This document shows positions 39,069 through 51,480 of a stretch of DNA of 64,000 bases, piece by piece. Under the pieces are notes generated by a model that was given only the letters and a program-made list of their open reading frames with translations, ran no database searches and was not told the DNA's origin. The DNA comes from Basidiobolus meristosporus CBS 931.73 (taxonomy: Eukaryota > Fungi > Basidiobolomycota). The position numbers and the translations under genes were made by a program. Positions within the stretch are counted from its first letter, which is position 1. Every line of letters starts with the position of its first letter. The stretch spans positions 171,240 through 235,239 of the forward strand of contig MCFE01000022.1 in NCBI GenBank assembly GCA_002104905.1, read 5' to 3'.

Positions 39069-39279
39069 ATACCAAGTACATACTCTCGTACTCACATTTA
39101 CGTGCTAACAATAAGTTCGGGCATATTTAGCTTATTCTAGACAGTATCTAATCGAAATGTATGGCACACTGTTTACTATTTATGATCTCTCTGTAGCTTA
39201 GGGAGTGGATCCTGTTGTTCTATAAAAGCGTGAAGTCTGAGGATTTCGAATGAAGCATATCGACTCGTCCAAGCTGACG

Positions 39280-39583
39280 TAGATGGCTGATCACAAGTAT
39301 AAGTATGCATGTTCGACGTAAGCATAGATAGACCTTTACTGACTGATGAGCGTAACAGGGTAAAGTGTATGTCGCCCTGGCTTTTGGATCACATTTAATA
39401 GCAGCCGAGATCAGCTTGGGATGGATGACCGGATATGCACTGCTCCTCGCCTGTTCACTGCATTATACGGTTGAGAGTGACAAGTTTCTATGCTCATAGC
39501 TACTATTTCTGGGTCCCTGTAGTCGCACCCTATGTAGGTGGTATTGGAAGTGGTGTCCTGTACAATCTACTTATCCTCTCCTA
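39280..39583 (+). pseudogene. Internally deleted aquaglyceroporin remnant
   Basis: 39280-39337 matches 37340-37397 (upstream of the aquaporin) and is joined to 39338-39583, which matches the aquaporin 3' end (37983-38252). About 590 bp are missing. Confidence 0.85.
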
Positions 39584-39767
39584 ATGGTAATCACATTCGA
39601 ATCTATACAATAGTAAATAAATCACAGGTTCTGGATGTATGTAGTCTACAAGCCGTGCGAGTAATCCCTGTGTGATACTGAAAAGGGATACCTGAAGCAC
39701 TCCCATATTCTGATGAGAGCTACTCCGGGCTATAAGAAGTCGAACACACCGCAGACAATATGCAACC

Positions 39768-40396
39768 ATGAATCTATCACTTCGCCTACTAACCTTCGCC
39801 ATCGCCTTGCAAGTGAGCTTCGTGCTCACAACTGCGCAGTCAAGCTCTGAGTATCGCCCGGTCCATGTCACCCATAGTGTGGAGTATGATTCACCTATTG
39901 ATGATATATGGGTGTTTTTCGCTCGCTTTGATTCAAACTCTAAATGGGATACAAACCTTATCAGCTCATGTCTCGTTGAAGCGCCATTTTCCGAGTCGTT
40001 TAAGAGCTCAACCGGCGAGTGCTTGATCGCTACAACAGGAACACTCCAGTTGGCAGCATCCGTGATCTGTCTGTGAAGGACAAACACGTATATGAGCGAC
40101 TTTTGTTTTTGGATGAAAGCGAGTACAAAATCTCCTATCAACAGTTTAGATATCCCGAATCCCGGATCAGCCTTAGCCCATTTCCTGTACGATTCATTCA
40201 CGAATACACGAATGTAAATTTGTACGCAAAAGCCCTGAATCGCACCAAAGTAATCTGGTCAGCATCCCTGCGCTCAGATAAACCCGCAGATGTGTACGAT
40301 GCATTCAGCGGCGTATATACTCGTGCAGGGGAGGGAATCGGAAAACTTGTGCAGACGCTGAAACAAAGAAATATCCGCCCCATAGATTACCTATAA
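39768..40396 (+). CDS. SRPBCC protein copy 2, -1 frameshift at about 40028
   Basis: TTGATCGCTAC here versus TTGATCCGCTAC in copies 1 and 3. Otherwise full length. Confidence 0.75.
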
Positions 40397-40877
40397 TAAT
40401 CACCAAATACACTCTCACACCGACATTTACGTGCTAATGGCCATCTTCTAAGCCACTAATAATAAAGAAGCATCAAATCTAGGCATTTTTGGTGTTTTCT
40501 AGCAGCACTAGCTGTTATCCGATCTCTTGTTACTGCCGTTCCACAAAAGAGTGAAGCCTGAGGGGTTTTAATCATTCCGCCTATATTCAACATATGTGGA
40601 AAGGGGTTATGAACATGAACCAAGAGTCAACGTAGTCTCCTCAGATAATTGGTCATAGCAGGTGGTGTCCTGCGCAATTTGTTTATTCTTCAACAGCACC
40701 TAGCATCGTAAGCGTGATCATAACTATACAGTAATAAATAAATCACACGTTGAGGAGTGCTTCCGTGTGATATTGAAAAGGGATTGCTGGAGTACACTCG
40801 TGCACTGACGAGACCTACTTGCGACACTACTACCTTAAGCTATAAGAAGTAGAATACACCACAGACAATATGCAATC

Positions 40878-41510
40878 ATGAATCTATCCCCTCGCCTACT
40901 AACCTTCGCCATCGCCTTGCAAGTGAGCTTCGTATTCACCGCTGCGCAATCGAGCCCTGAGTATCGTCCAGTCTATGTCACCCATAGTGTGGAGTATGAT
41001 TCACCTATTGATGATATATGGGTGTTTTTCGCTCGCTTTGATTCCATCTCGAAATGGGAAACAAATCTGATCAGCTCATGTCTCGTTGAAGAGCCATTTT
41101 CCGAGTCGTTTAAGAGCTCAACTGGCGAGTGTTTGATCCGCTACAACAGGAACACTCCAGTTGGCAGTATCCGTGATCTGTCAGTTAGGGACAAACATGT
41201 ATATGAGCAACTTCTGCTCCTGGACAAGAACGAGTACAAAATCTCCTATCAGCAATTGAGATATCCCGAATCCCGGATCGACCTTAGCCCATTCCCCGCA
41301 GGGCTAATACACGAATACACGAATGTAAATTTGTATGCAAAAGGTCTGAATCGCACCAAAGCAATCTGGTCAGCATCCCTGCGCTCAGATAAACCCGCAG
41401 AAGTGTACAATACATTCAAGGGCGTATATACTCGCGCAGGAGAGGGACTAAGAAATACAGTCCAGATGCTCAAGGAAAGAAATATCCGCCCTATAGATTA
41501 CTTGCAATAA
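40878..41510 (+). CDS. SRPBCC protein copy 3
   Basis: 210 aa, collinear with and highly similar to copy 1. Confidence 0.75.
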   Translation: MNLSPRLLTFAIALQVSFVFTAAQSSPEYRPVYVTHSVEYDSPIDDIWVFFARFDSISKWETNLISSCLVEEPFSESFKSSTGECLIRYNRNTPVGSIRDLSVRDKHVYEQLLLLDKNEYKISYQQLRYPESRIDLSPFPAGLIHEYTNVNLYAKGLNRTKAIWSASLRSDKPAEVYNTFKGVYTRAGEGLRNTVQMLKERNIRPIDYLQ

Positions 41511-41989
41511 ACACTGAATACACACATTTGCATTGACAATTACGAGCTAATGGCCCTCCTCTAAGCCACCGGTATAAAGAGTGTAAACATTAAATCTCCT
41601 CAGCAGCGATATTGGCTGTTTTTCGATCTCTTATTGCTGCCGTTCCATAAAAGAGCGAAGTCTGAGGATTTTTAATCATTCTGCATATATTCAACATATT
41701 TGGGAAGCAGTTATGAATATGAACCAAAAGTTAATGGGGCTTCCTCAGATAATTGGCCTGGGGTAGAACTAAAGAACCTGATATTTGTAATCAATTACTA
41801 CTTTAGTCGGAAATGAGTCAAATTTCGCCAAATGAAGATCCTTTAAACCTGTTCAAATCAGCTCTGACTCATGGTTAACCGAAAAATTGATCCCAGAAAG
41901 GCGCAGTTTTTCCTTTTCACTCTTATATTCTTTGTACTCAGATCAAACAATACTTGCCCAAGCGCACTAACTTTCAGTTAATTGTCAAG

Positions 41990-42601
41990 ATGCCAGGTCC
42001 CAATCTCATCAACGCCAATCCTGTCATTCATACACCAAAAGCTCAGTTGGAGAGAGTCTTTCGCATTGAAGAAGAGGACGAATCCGTTCATGACCTTTTC
42101 GATCAACAGGAAATCTATGGTAAATGCCTGAGCACATTTCCATTTATCTGAAGAGACCTGCTAATCTGAAACCTACATGATAGAGCTCATCAGAAACATT
42201 AACGACCCAGAGCACCCTTTGACTTTGGAGCAACTGAACGTTGTTCAACCAGATCATGTTCATATCGATGATGCCGGCAACTCAGTTTTGGTGGAATTTA
42301 CCCCAACTATCCCACATTGTTCCATGGCAACCCTGATTGGACTTTGTATTCGAGTGAGACTGCTTCGCTCGCTTCCTGAGCGCTTCAAGATCGATATTTC
42401 CGTACGTGAGGGAACGCATCAAAGCGAAGTAGCTGGTAAATATCCGTTTGCCTTGGCTATTTCTTGATGTCTCGCTAACCTGAGAATCTATTTCTACTTG
42501 CAGTCAACAAGCAACTGAATGACAAAGAGAGAGTAGCAGCAGCTTTGGAGAATTCCCACCTCCTTGAGGTGGTCAACCAATGTCTTGCATCAGCCCTCTA
42601 G
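41990..42601 (+). CDS. CIA2: Cytosolic Fe-S assembly protein Cia2/FAM96B (MIP18), two introns
   Basis: NLINANPVI; [19 protein letters not shown]; [28 protein letters not shown]; [16 protein letters not shown]. Confidence 0.93.
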
Positions 42602-43767
42602 TCCACCATCCAAAAGCCCTTTCTGACTGCTTGCCATCGAAACTCTCGCATCTCTATTATCAATATTCCACGATTTATTTATTACTCGGTATACAGACTG
42701 ATCCGGAGCAAAACTCGAAAAACCGACCTAAACGCCAAAAATAGCTTTCAACAACCTAGGGGTAGTCTGATCACATCTTCGTCTTCGACTTGATAGCCAC
42801 TCAACCAGCGTTTCGAGGTAACTAGACACGAAACAAATCCCCTACCTTGAAGCGGAGTGAAACTTGTGTACAAATGTATTCACAATTTAATAAATTTCCT
42901 TGATACAATCTACGGACTGTTGACATTTAGGATGGGAACAATGCAGAAGGAGGGCCCAAGACTCATCATGTCATGCACAGAAGGGAGAAATTGCTTCGAA
43001 TAAGATTTGCTAGCAACCTTCACTACAGTCGTCTGATTATTGCTTGTGGCGCAAGTTCAGACCACGCGGAGTAACATCCTTGAAACCGGTTTGTAGGTGG
43101 AAAGCATGGGTGGTTTGGGATTCTGATGTAAATGGGAAACAAGGGGTGCCTTGCTGATCACCATCTTCTACCACCACACTTCATCTGCAACTGCAACTGC
43201 AACTGCTACGCCAAAATGCTTGATTGCTTTGCCATGTTCACACCAACCGAATCGTCAAACAAGTACGAGGCTGGGATTAGATTGGTTTCTAAATTAGGAA
43301 CATTCCTACCAATTACCCGTTCCTTATCCATAGTGTACTAGTGTACAACCCACCAATGCCAGTCACGCCATATGTTGAATAACTGGAGAGCATTAGCAGC
43401 ATCGTTCTGCTGGTTTCATTGATGGATTATGTTGTAGTGCCAAATCGTGCCCAACAGCCTAATTACGAGATCTAGTTGCTTGAAGTGCCAATTCGCTATG
43501 ACTGGCTATATTTAAACATCCACTCTCTTGAGATTTGAGGGAAGAAATCGCTGGCAGAAAAGGGGCTCATAAAAATATCTGTTATATTGATTAGTTGTTT
43601 GGTGTGCGTGCCTCAACTCTGTCTGCATACTTATACATTCACCTCTCTGAGTACTGCGAGACGACGTTGTATAGTTTATTTAGCTCGGACAGCCCGGTCT
43701 CTTCCCTTCGAGGTTTTGTCTTGACTCCTCCACACACAGAGTACTTCAGCCGCCACGATATTCTAGT

Positions 43768-44960
43768 ATGGCCGAGCACAAAGGGGAACGAGATGCGTTC
43801 CAGCTTAGGTCCGTCAAGGTTCCTTTACCCCAGTCTGCCCTTTTACCCAACGCGAGCACCTATGCGACAGGCTCTTTCTCTTCAGGCCTAGGCTTGACTA
43901 TGGAGCCGGCCCCATTGTCCTTCGACGTATCTAGAGCCTCACACGCGCGTTCTATTACTCCCAAATTAACCTGCGATATTCCTCAGTACAGTGAGGCGGT
44001 ACACAGTCTATTAACACCAATCTATACGCCAGTGTCTTCGGTCCTGTTTACCGTCGGTTCTTACGGCGTATTACGGCCTCTAGGCTCTGGCTCGTTCTCG
44101 GAAGTGTTTCTCGCAGAGGATCCAGCAGAGATAGGGCGACTGGTTGCCTTGAAGATGGTGGAATTGAGTTGTGACCAGTCAATTAAGAAACTCATTTCGC
44201 GGGAAATTCAAATGCTCAAGGTAAGTCACGGCTCATAGCGTGAAGTTCTGCTCCCCCGTATCTTACCAAAACCAGGTATTGAACCATCCCAATGTGGTGG
44301 GTTTCTATGAATCCTTCGAAACTGAAAGCCACCACGTACTGGTTTTGGAGTATGTTGAAGATGGGGATCTATTCGACTATGTTGCCAATCATTCAAGCGA
44401 CAACTGTGAGGCCAGAGCAAAGATGATATTTCGACAACTAGTAGAAGGTTGGTATTAGCTAAGCTTATTCGGCACTTCCTTGTCTCACAACACAACCAGC
44501 GGTGGAATACCTTCACTCCAAGTGTATTTGTCATCGAGACTTGAAGTTGGAGAATGTTCTAATACACGAATCGCCGAACGGGACGGTGTCCGTTAAAGTT
44601 ACTGACCTCGGGCTTGCGGAGTTCATTAGGGACAACTCCATCTTAACGACCCGCTGTGGGTCAGAAGAGTATACCGCACCTGAGGTGATACTTGGGCATC
44701 CGTCTAACGGATTCAAGGCAGATGTGTGGTCGTTAGGGGTGATGCTATATACAATGTTGGTTGGGTGTTTACCATTCTCAATGGACGGCAGCCAGTCTCG
44801 AAGGAGTTTCTTTTACAGAATTGCTAATGCCGACTATCGATTGCCCCAAGATAGGCCCATTTCGCAAGAAGCTAAGGATATTCTAAGGGCAATATTGCAA
44901 AGCAATCTCGAGAAGCGTTTGGATGTGAAGGAAATCAAGAAGCACCCTTGGTTGAATTAA
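43768..44960 (+). CDS. Ser/Thr protein kinase (CAMK-like), two introns
   Basis: LGSGSFSEV, VALK, REI, HPNVV, HRDLKLEN, DLG, TRCGSEEYTAPE, DVWSLG, HPW. Confidence 0.92.
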
Positions 44961-45427
44961 TCTTGATCCAAGAGTTGTATGAATGGGGCTGGAGCGCAGA
45001 TAGAAATTGTCTACATATAGCCCCAGATTTAATGTTATGTATATAGTTATTGTATCTTCGGTTATGCATCACTTGCCTTGTCCAATATTGTACTGGGTAG
45101 CTACAGCCAAATATTGTCAAGTTGTAGCCATCAGGGCAAGCTCTGATTAACCTTTTTAAGGTTTAATCGCACCGATTTGGCGCTTCTTATACTCTAACGG
45201 GGGATAGCATACTGTACTATCCACTATATGGTGAACATATCGCAATCATAAATAATGCCAACCTTGCCCTGATTTGGGAAATCTAATGTTTGCAAACTAT
45301 ATTAGGCTATGCCAAGATGCTTTTTTATTTCAACATGCTACAGCCTCTTGGCAATCGACTAGAGAAAACTTGCAAGAATATAAAGCAGATTACGGTTCCT
45401 TGGAAACACATCAATCACATTGGGAAT

Positions 45428-46219
45428 ATGACCACTCATATCGTCTTGCTCATACTTTGCAGCGCTCTCTTCGGGGTTTTACTGTTTCCTGCTACTTTCC
45501 GTTATATACGCAGTCGATGGTTTGTAAATCTAATGTTGCTAGCATTCGTAATTGTAAGATGTGTTGCCTATGGTATAGAGAGCTATGCGCTCATCCATCT
45601 GGATGCTTCCAACTTTATTGATTTGTATATCACATCATCTTGCTTACTTGCTGGTGGCTTTACTTTTCTGTTGCTTGCAACCGCATACTGTCTTCAATCA
45701 CTAGTTAAAGAAGTCAGAATGGAGTCAATGCTGAAAATCGGCCTTGTGGAAAACTTTCTCTTTCCGCACCTTCGACACATACTCTCCATCACATCCATCC
45801 TCGGAATTGTTGGCGCCATACTGATGCAGAGTCAATTCGACACAGGGATGATTCTTCGGAAGATCTCTTACATCCTGTACCTTGTCCTGACTGCTCTATT
45901 ACTGCTGATCTCATTGGGTTATTCGTTTACATCTCCGTACAAAACAGCCAGATCATCCTTTTTAATATTGGCTCTTTGTAACGCTCTTTTGTTAGTGAAA
46001 GTAATCTTTGGGACGGAAAATTTGCTGGCAACTCACTTCGCCATACCTGATATGGACACTCTGGCAGGACTCTCTGTATTCACTTCGTACATGGATAACT
46101 TCACAGCCTTTCTCATTTGTGAACCCCTTATGGAATGGTCGACCACTGTCATCTTGTTGTGCCTCAATTTAGCAGTGCGCTTCCGATATACACCTGAGGA
46201 TTCTATCAGTAAGGTCTGA
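45428..46219 (+). CDS. Multi-pass membrane protein (RTA1-like fungal 7-TM)
   Basis: About seven hydrophobic segments; LAFVIVRCVAY and RKISYILYL motifs. ATG at 45428 is in frame with ORF 45290. Confidence 0.6.
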   Translation: MTTHIVLLILCSALFGVLLFPATFRYIRSRWFVNLMLLAFVIVRCVAYGIESYALIHLDASNFIDLYITSSCLLAGGFTFLLLATAYCLQSLVKEVRMESMLKIGLVENFLFPHLRHILSITSILGIVGAILMQSQFDTGMILRKISYILYLVLTALLLLISLGYSFTSPYKTARSSFLILALCNALLLVKVIFGTENLLATHFAIPDMDTLAGLSVFTSYMDNFTAFLICEPLMEWSTTVILLCLNLAVRFRYTPEDSISKV

Positions 46220-47715
46220 AAAGAAAATGTAAAAACTCAATAATAATATCTTTTGGTTTATGTTTCTCAATTTATTGAATTATGCTTAATGGAGCACACC
46301 TCCCTATTTGCAACCAGCAATGTAGAGAGCAGGAGAGTGTATTTCATGGTTGATGGGTATCAAAGTCGGTATGTGAGTATATTTTGGATCAGGTTAAATA
46401 CATATATACATTGAATACGCTAATATACTCACTAAAATGCTCACAATGCTGCTACAGAATCCATGTGAGATCTTAACGAGCCATCATCAGTTTTAGACTG
46501 TACCATGTAGCGCAAGTGGCCTCCAACGATCAAGAAAATCATTCTCATGCTTTGACCGTAGTGTTCCCATGATTAAGGTATATTTTGTACACTGTTGATC
46601 AGCATAAGTTTAGTTATATGGAGGCAGAAGCTTTGTCGATCCTTACCGAATTAGTGTAGAATACTTCTATTTAAGTGCGATGAGACTTAGCTGGGCATTT
46701 GACAGTGGTTCAGGTTGATGCATTCTCAAGATATGCTCCAAAAGTACGAGCCAGTAGGCCAGGTACTACCATTCTCATATTACTAATTGAGCACATTAAT
46801 CTTCTCTGCTCGTGTGTATCAGAACGAATTAGCGGACAATGAGTGGTACAAAGGCTGGCTTCACGGTAGCAACGGGGCTGTATGTTTGTGCATTACTCAA
46901 TCAACATATTTATCAAGTATCTTGAATAATTTCCCATTAGGTTACTTGATTTGCACTGGCTGGAAATTCTATGGTGAGTCTCTTGGACATGTTGAAGTTG
47001 CGTAACAATTTATGTTCCAACATGGGTGAAGCGGGAATAGCAGTGCCCATCAAACCCCTTTTACTGCATATTTCCTTGGTGTATTAGTAAAGCATCAAAC
47101 GTTTTCTATATCATTGGAAAACACTGACTGATATGGTGAATAACGCTTTGGCTTGGATTATACGGCCGATAGGAGTTATTAGCCTAACCCTTTATCTTGA
47201 AGGTGTCATTGCTCTGGAATAATTGTTATTGCGACAAATGGCGAAGAAATATTAGCCGGGCTACAAGTTGTAACACGTTGTTGCACTATTTCAGAGAATA
47301 GCTCTCTCAAGTTGGAAACGTGTTAAACTTACGTTTGTTACTAGGATGTATTTTGAATGCCAAAACGTAACGTTTATTGTATTTGCTTGAGATAGTATTT
47401 TGGAAATATATGTCGGTTCATCATAAGGTTTCTGATTCCTCAATTTTACATATTCAAGAGGATTCCGAGTTGCAACATATAGCTTTAACCTTGGTTTTGG
47501 CTTTGTACCGTACATATTTTGTTACAGCGTAACGTGAATACCTGGCATTAAAGCAAAATCAGAGCATATAGGCAAGACTCAATCCGGAGTATTACGATTA
47601 CACTCCAAATTGGAATACTTTTCGGAGCAAGTTGGTGTGGACATATATTCCGACTAATATTCCTTTCTGCCGAGCCTTTCCTGCTGTCTTCCTAATCATT
47701 TTGCTTATTAGCTAA

Positions 47716-47771
47716 TGATGTAAAATTGTAAGTGTATGCTGGTGATGTAAAATTGTAAGTGTATGCTGGTG
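47716..47771. repeat. Perfect 27-bp tandem duplication
   Basis: TGATGTAAAATTGTAAGTGTATGCTGG repeated twice. Confidence 0.9.
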
Positions 47772-48152
47772 CAGCCTATAGTTTCTGATACCCATTTCCT
47801 TATTGAATCCGGATTGAGTCATAAATGTATGCTATGATTTGGCTTTAATGCAACATGCCCACTTGACCCCAAGACAATTCGTAACGGTTCTTAATATAAA
47901 TAGGGATGTAGGTACCGCAAGTGGTACTAAGAAGGGTGTTATTCAGATAGAAGATTCGGGTCAGGAGGGTATTCTAGGGTTCATGGGGCACGCTAATATC
48001 AATTCCTGCTGCTGCTTCTTCACCTACCTCCAACCTTAAGTATGCTTACAATCGGTCCAGGCTTGGTGAAGTATGTACAATAATTGCACCATACTTTGAT
48101 ATGGGAACACTTATCAGATATTACGGCCCACTTTATTCAGTATTTCAGATCA

Positions 48153-48222
48153 AGCTGTGTGGTTGAATGGTTAGGATGTTGGATGAAAATCTAATGACCA
48201 GGGTTCGAATCACAGATACACT
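48153..48222 (+). pseudogene. Degenerate tRNA-like sequence (tRNA pseudogene or SINE head; anticodon arm resembles Phe-GAA)
   Basis: A-box-like TGGTTGAATGG; anticodon arm TTGGA-TGAAAA-TCTAA; B-box GGTTCGAATC. Acceptor and T stems are poorly paired. Confidence 0.4.
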
Positions 48223-49018
48223 TGTTCATTTAAACTTAAATGATGACATTACAATCAAATCAGTTATCCCTGTCCGAAAAGACTATGTGGAGAAACATTG
48301 TAAGCTGAATTTTTAAGCTAAATTGCTATTCCATGGCCATCTCATACTGTTTCCGTATACTGGTCCGCAAAAATTGCTCAGAAATTTTTCTCATTTTCAT
48401 CCCAAGTATGGTTACAAAAGTAATATGGTACTTAATCAATCAATTTTTTTTCAACCAAATTCAAGTTGATAAATTATAGCTTTGGTTTCCCAATTGTGGG
48501 ATTCAAGGCCACAATGGATTCAATTGTAATGGGAAATAGGAGGTGAAGTGGGGGTAATAATAGCCTAACCACTAATGATTCAAGACAAGTTAATCATGAA
48601 CAATACTAAGCCCTAAGAAAAAACTCAAGAAAAGGCTAGTAGAATACCATCCTAATATCTGCTGAACTCCAAGTCTCTCAAAATTGACAACTCAATATAT
48701 CAGGTACTAGCTATTGCCCAGACAAGTAGACATATTTCCAGGCAGAGACTAGGTCAACTAGTATTTGTACCTAAATTGGAACCAGCAGCTCACTACATCC
48801 ACCCAGAGTTGTAACTGAAAACTTGAAGGAAAAACACTGGCTGAATACCAGCAGAATACTTGCTGAAAATAGAGATTTTTGATATGGAAAACATTGCACA
48901 CTGAGCAATGTTGCAGTCCATAGGTGAATAACTTTGTGATCAAGCTGGAGTAAAAGTTTGTAGTTACAACTAAATATTCACCCAAGTTGGTTCATTAGAT
49001 TGCTACCTACAAGTCTCA

Positions 49019-49776
49019 GAGAACTCTGACCAAATTTCTTGTTGGGATTTACTTGGATTATTTTCACCAAAACATCCAGTACCCAGAATATGTAGCCAAC
49101 TTTACTCTGCTAGAACAGCCAGTACCCTAACTGATTTTCCCAAACCCAAACATAACTAATCCCAGTTATGGCTCATTTTATCCCTTCTCAGAATCTATTT
49201 TTAGCTGTTACACTTGATAAATTTTCATGTGGTCATTATGTCCTCAACTACTCTGCTAAGCCTTTTCAAGTGACTAGTCATCTGAGATCTATCCACCACT
49301 TAGCAGTTGCCAAGACATAGGCTGTTTGATGATGCAATCTGCATATATCTTATGCACCTGTCAACACCCAAGCTGATTGCAATCAATCCAGTATCTTGCA
49401 CTTACTAATTCAACTTAATCAGAAAGTTATAAGTAAAGCTTACTGAACCTTTTGGTTTACTGTGTGTCTCAGCAAAATTAAGAATTTAGCAATTCTACTC
49501 TATGTTGTAAGCATCTTGGAGATATTGGAAGTGATTGGGACAACAAGTAGATTATGTGGTTTTCACTTAATGATTTATTGAATATAAAAGTAGTATTTAT
49601 ACTTTTACATGGTCTTGGCATTACAAACACATAGAATAGGTTAACAAAGGTCCCAAGAGCATGTGTGCAAACTTTGGGGCTGTTTGGACAACTTTGAGAA
49701 TTTTCATGTTCTGGGTACCTGGTATTTTGGTGAAAATATTCTAAGTAAATCCCAAGGAATTTGGTCAGTATTCTCT
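49019..49776. repeat. About 72-bp imperfect inverted repeat pair (49019-49092 and 49705-49776)
   Basis: GAGAACTCTGACCAAATTTC...TTTTCACCAAAACATCCAGTACCCAGAATATG versus the reverse complement of CATGTTCTGGGTACCTGGTATTTTGGTGAAAA...GAATTTGGTCAGTATTCTC. Confidence 0.8.
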
Positions 49777-50090
49777 AAAATTTAAGGGTAATGATTTAAG
49801 TAACTAAGTTAGGTAAATATTTAGGTGGAATGATGAATTTTTACAACATTTTAGACTCTACCCAAGCCTAGCATATCTAGCACCCCAAGAACATCAAGCC
49901 TAGCCTGCATAGCAAGCCAACTCTGTTGCCTTTATAACTAAACCCAGCTATATACAAGACCACTATTAGACCGGAATCTCTCTGCTAATATTTCCACCAT
50001 CCTCTAACAATTCTAAGATTCCTCACTTGATTATCCCTTTGGTTCAGCTGAACCATTCAGGAGTATTATTTCACTTTTCTCTTCTATACA
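49095..50090 (+). repeat. Subtelomeric non-coding repeat family, copy 1, interrupted by a ~350-bp segment
   Basis: 49095-49500 plus 49855-50090 align collinearly to 57885-58550. The insert at 49510-49855 aligns to 51205-51480. Confidence 0.85.
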
Positions 50091-50123
50091 ACAGTTATGA
50101 GCCCCAAGCTGCCATTCTCTGCA

Positions 50124-50520
50124 ATGTCTGCCAATGCTATTGCTTGTATTTTCCCCTCTGCTGACAAGCTGGATGGAGTTAACTCTTAAGACTGGTGGGT
50201 GAAGAAGAGGATGCTGCCATAGGGAACAGTCCTTAGGGCTATTTTTACAGAGAAGAGTGCCCTCATATTGGTTTAGGAGAAGAATCCTTAAAGTGCAAGA
50301 AGAAAGTACAAGGGCTAATCCACCATTGAATTAGTGACTTTGCCATTATATCCTTTGCCCATAACAGTGAAAAGTTTATGTATCAGAAGATGTTTGAGAA
50401 ACATCACCTTGGAGGGTTTGAAAAGCACATCCAAAATTTTGACATCAAGTGCCCCTCAGATGTCATTGTATTAGTTCTTGGCTTACAGCTTGTTTCCTGA
50501 TCCCCAACAATCATCAGGCC
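50124..50520 (+). pseudogene. Decayed Ty1/copia gag-like relic
   Basis: Translation MSANAIACIFPSADKLDGVNS*DWWVKKRMLP*G resembles the copia gag N-terminal KLDG.NY..W...M.M.L motif. Multiple stops. Confidence 0.35.
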
Positions 50521-50774
50521 CTACTTTACACCATAGTGGCCTACTACTGCTAACATATCTTACCTCTAGCCTAGTCACCTCTGTTTCACTTACACTATTA
50601 CAGCAAACTATTTGACTTATTTCCACTAAAGCTCAGATGGCCACATGCACTACCTGTATTTCCCATCATAACCTGTACCATTATTACTCTCAACCTTATA
50701 TATTGCCAGCAGCCCTGTCAGAGTCTGCCATGCTATTGCAGCTGAGAGAAAAGTGTAATAAAAACTCTCAAATC

Positions 50775-51480
50775 TCTTAGCTGACCCAAAGGGACAGTTG
50801 AGTGCATAATCTCCAAATTGTCAGAGAGAAGTGAAAATATTAGCAGAAAGGTTTTGGTCTGATATTGATCTTGAATATAGCTTTGTACTGCTATATAGGC
50901 AATACAGTGGATTTGCTATGCTGACTAGGTCAGGGTAGCATCTAGAACAGAATTGCTGAATTATTAATTTTGCTGAGAGATAAACTTAAATTTATTGAGA
51001 CATAGACTTAACCAAATTTTATGGTAAGCTTAGTTTATACTTTTCTGGTCAAGATATATTAGCAAGCACCAAGAGACAAGATTACTAATTGAAATCAATC
51101 TGGGTATAGATAGGTGGATAAGATAAGTGAGAATTGCATCTTCAATCAGCTGCTGTCTTGGCAATTGCTGAGTGATTGAATGGATATCAGATGACTAGGT
51201 GTTACAAGAGTCTTGGAGATATTAGAAGTGATTGCAAGAGCAAGTACATTATGTGTTTTTCACTTATGAATCATTGAATGTGGAAATACCCTTTATACTT
51301 TTACATTGTCTTGGCATAGCAAGCATGTAAGATATATATAGGAAGGTCTTAAGAGCATGTGTGCAGAGTTTGGGGCTGTTTGGATAACTTTGTGAATTTT
51401 CATGTTCTGGGTATCTGGTGTCTTGGTGAAAATATTTGTATGTTATGATATCTGTAACTAAGGTAGGTGAATATTTAGGC
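50775..51480 (-). repeat. Subtelomeric repeat family, inverted copy, plus a second copy of the ~300-bp segment
   Basis: 50775-51200 is the reverse complement of about 58050-58510 (e.g. CCAAAGGGACAGTTGAGTGCATAATC...TTGTCAGAGAG...AAATATTAGCAGA). 51205-51480 is a direct repeat of 49510-49855. Confidence 0.8.
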
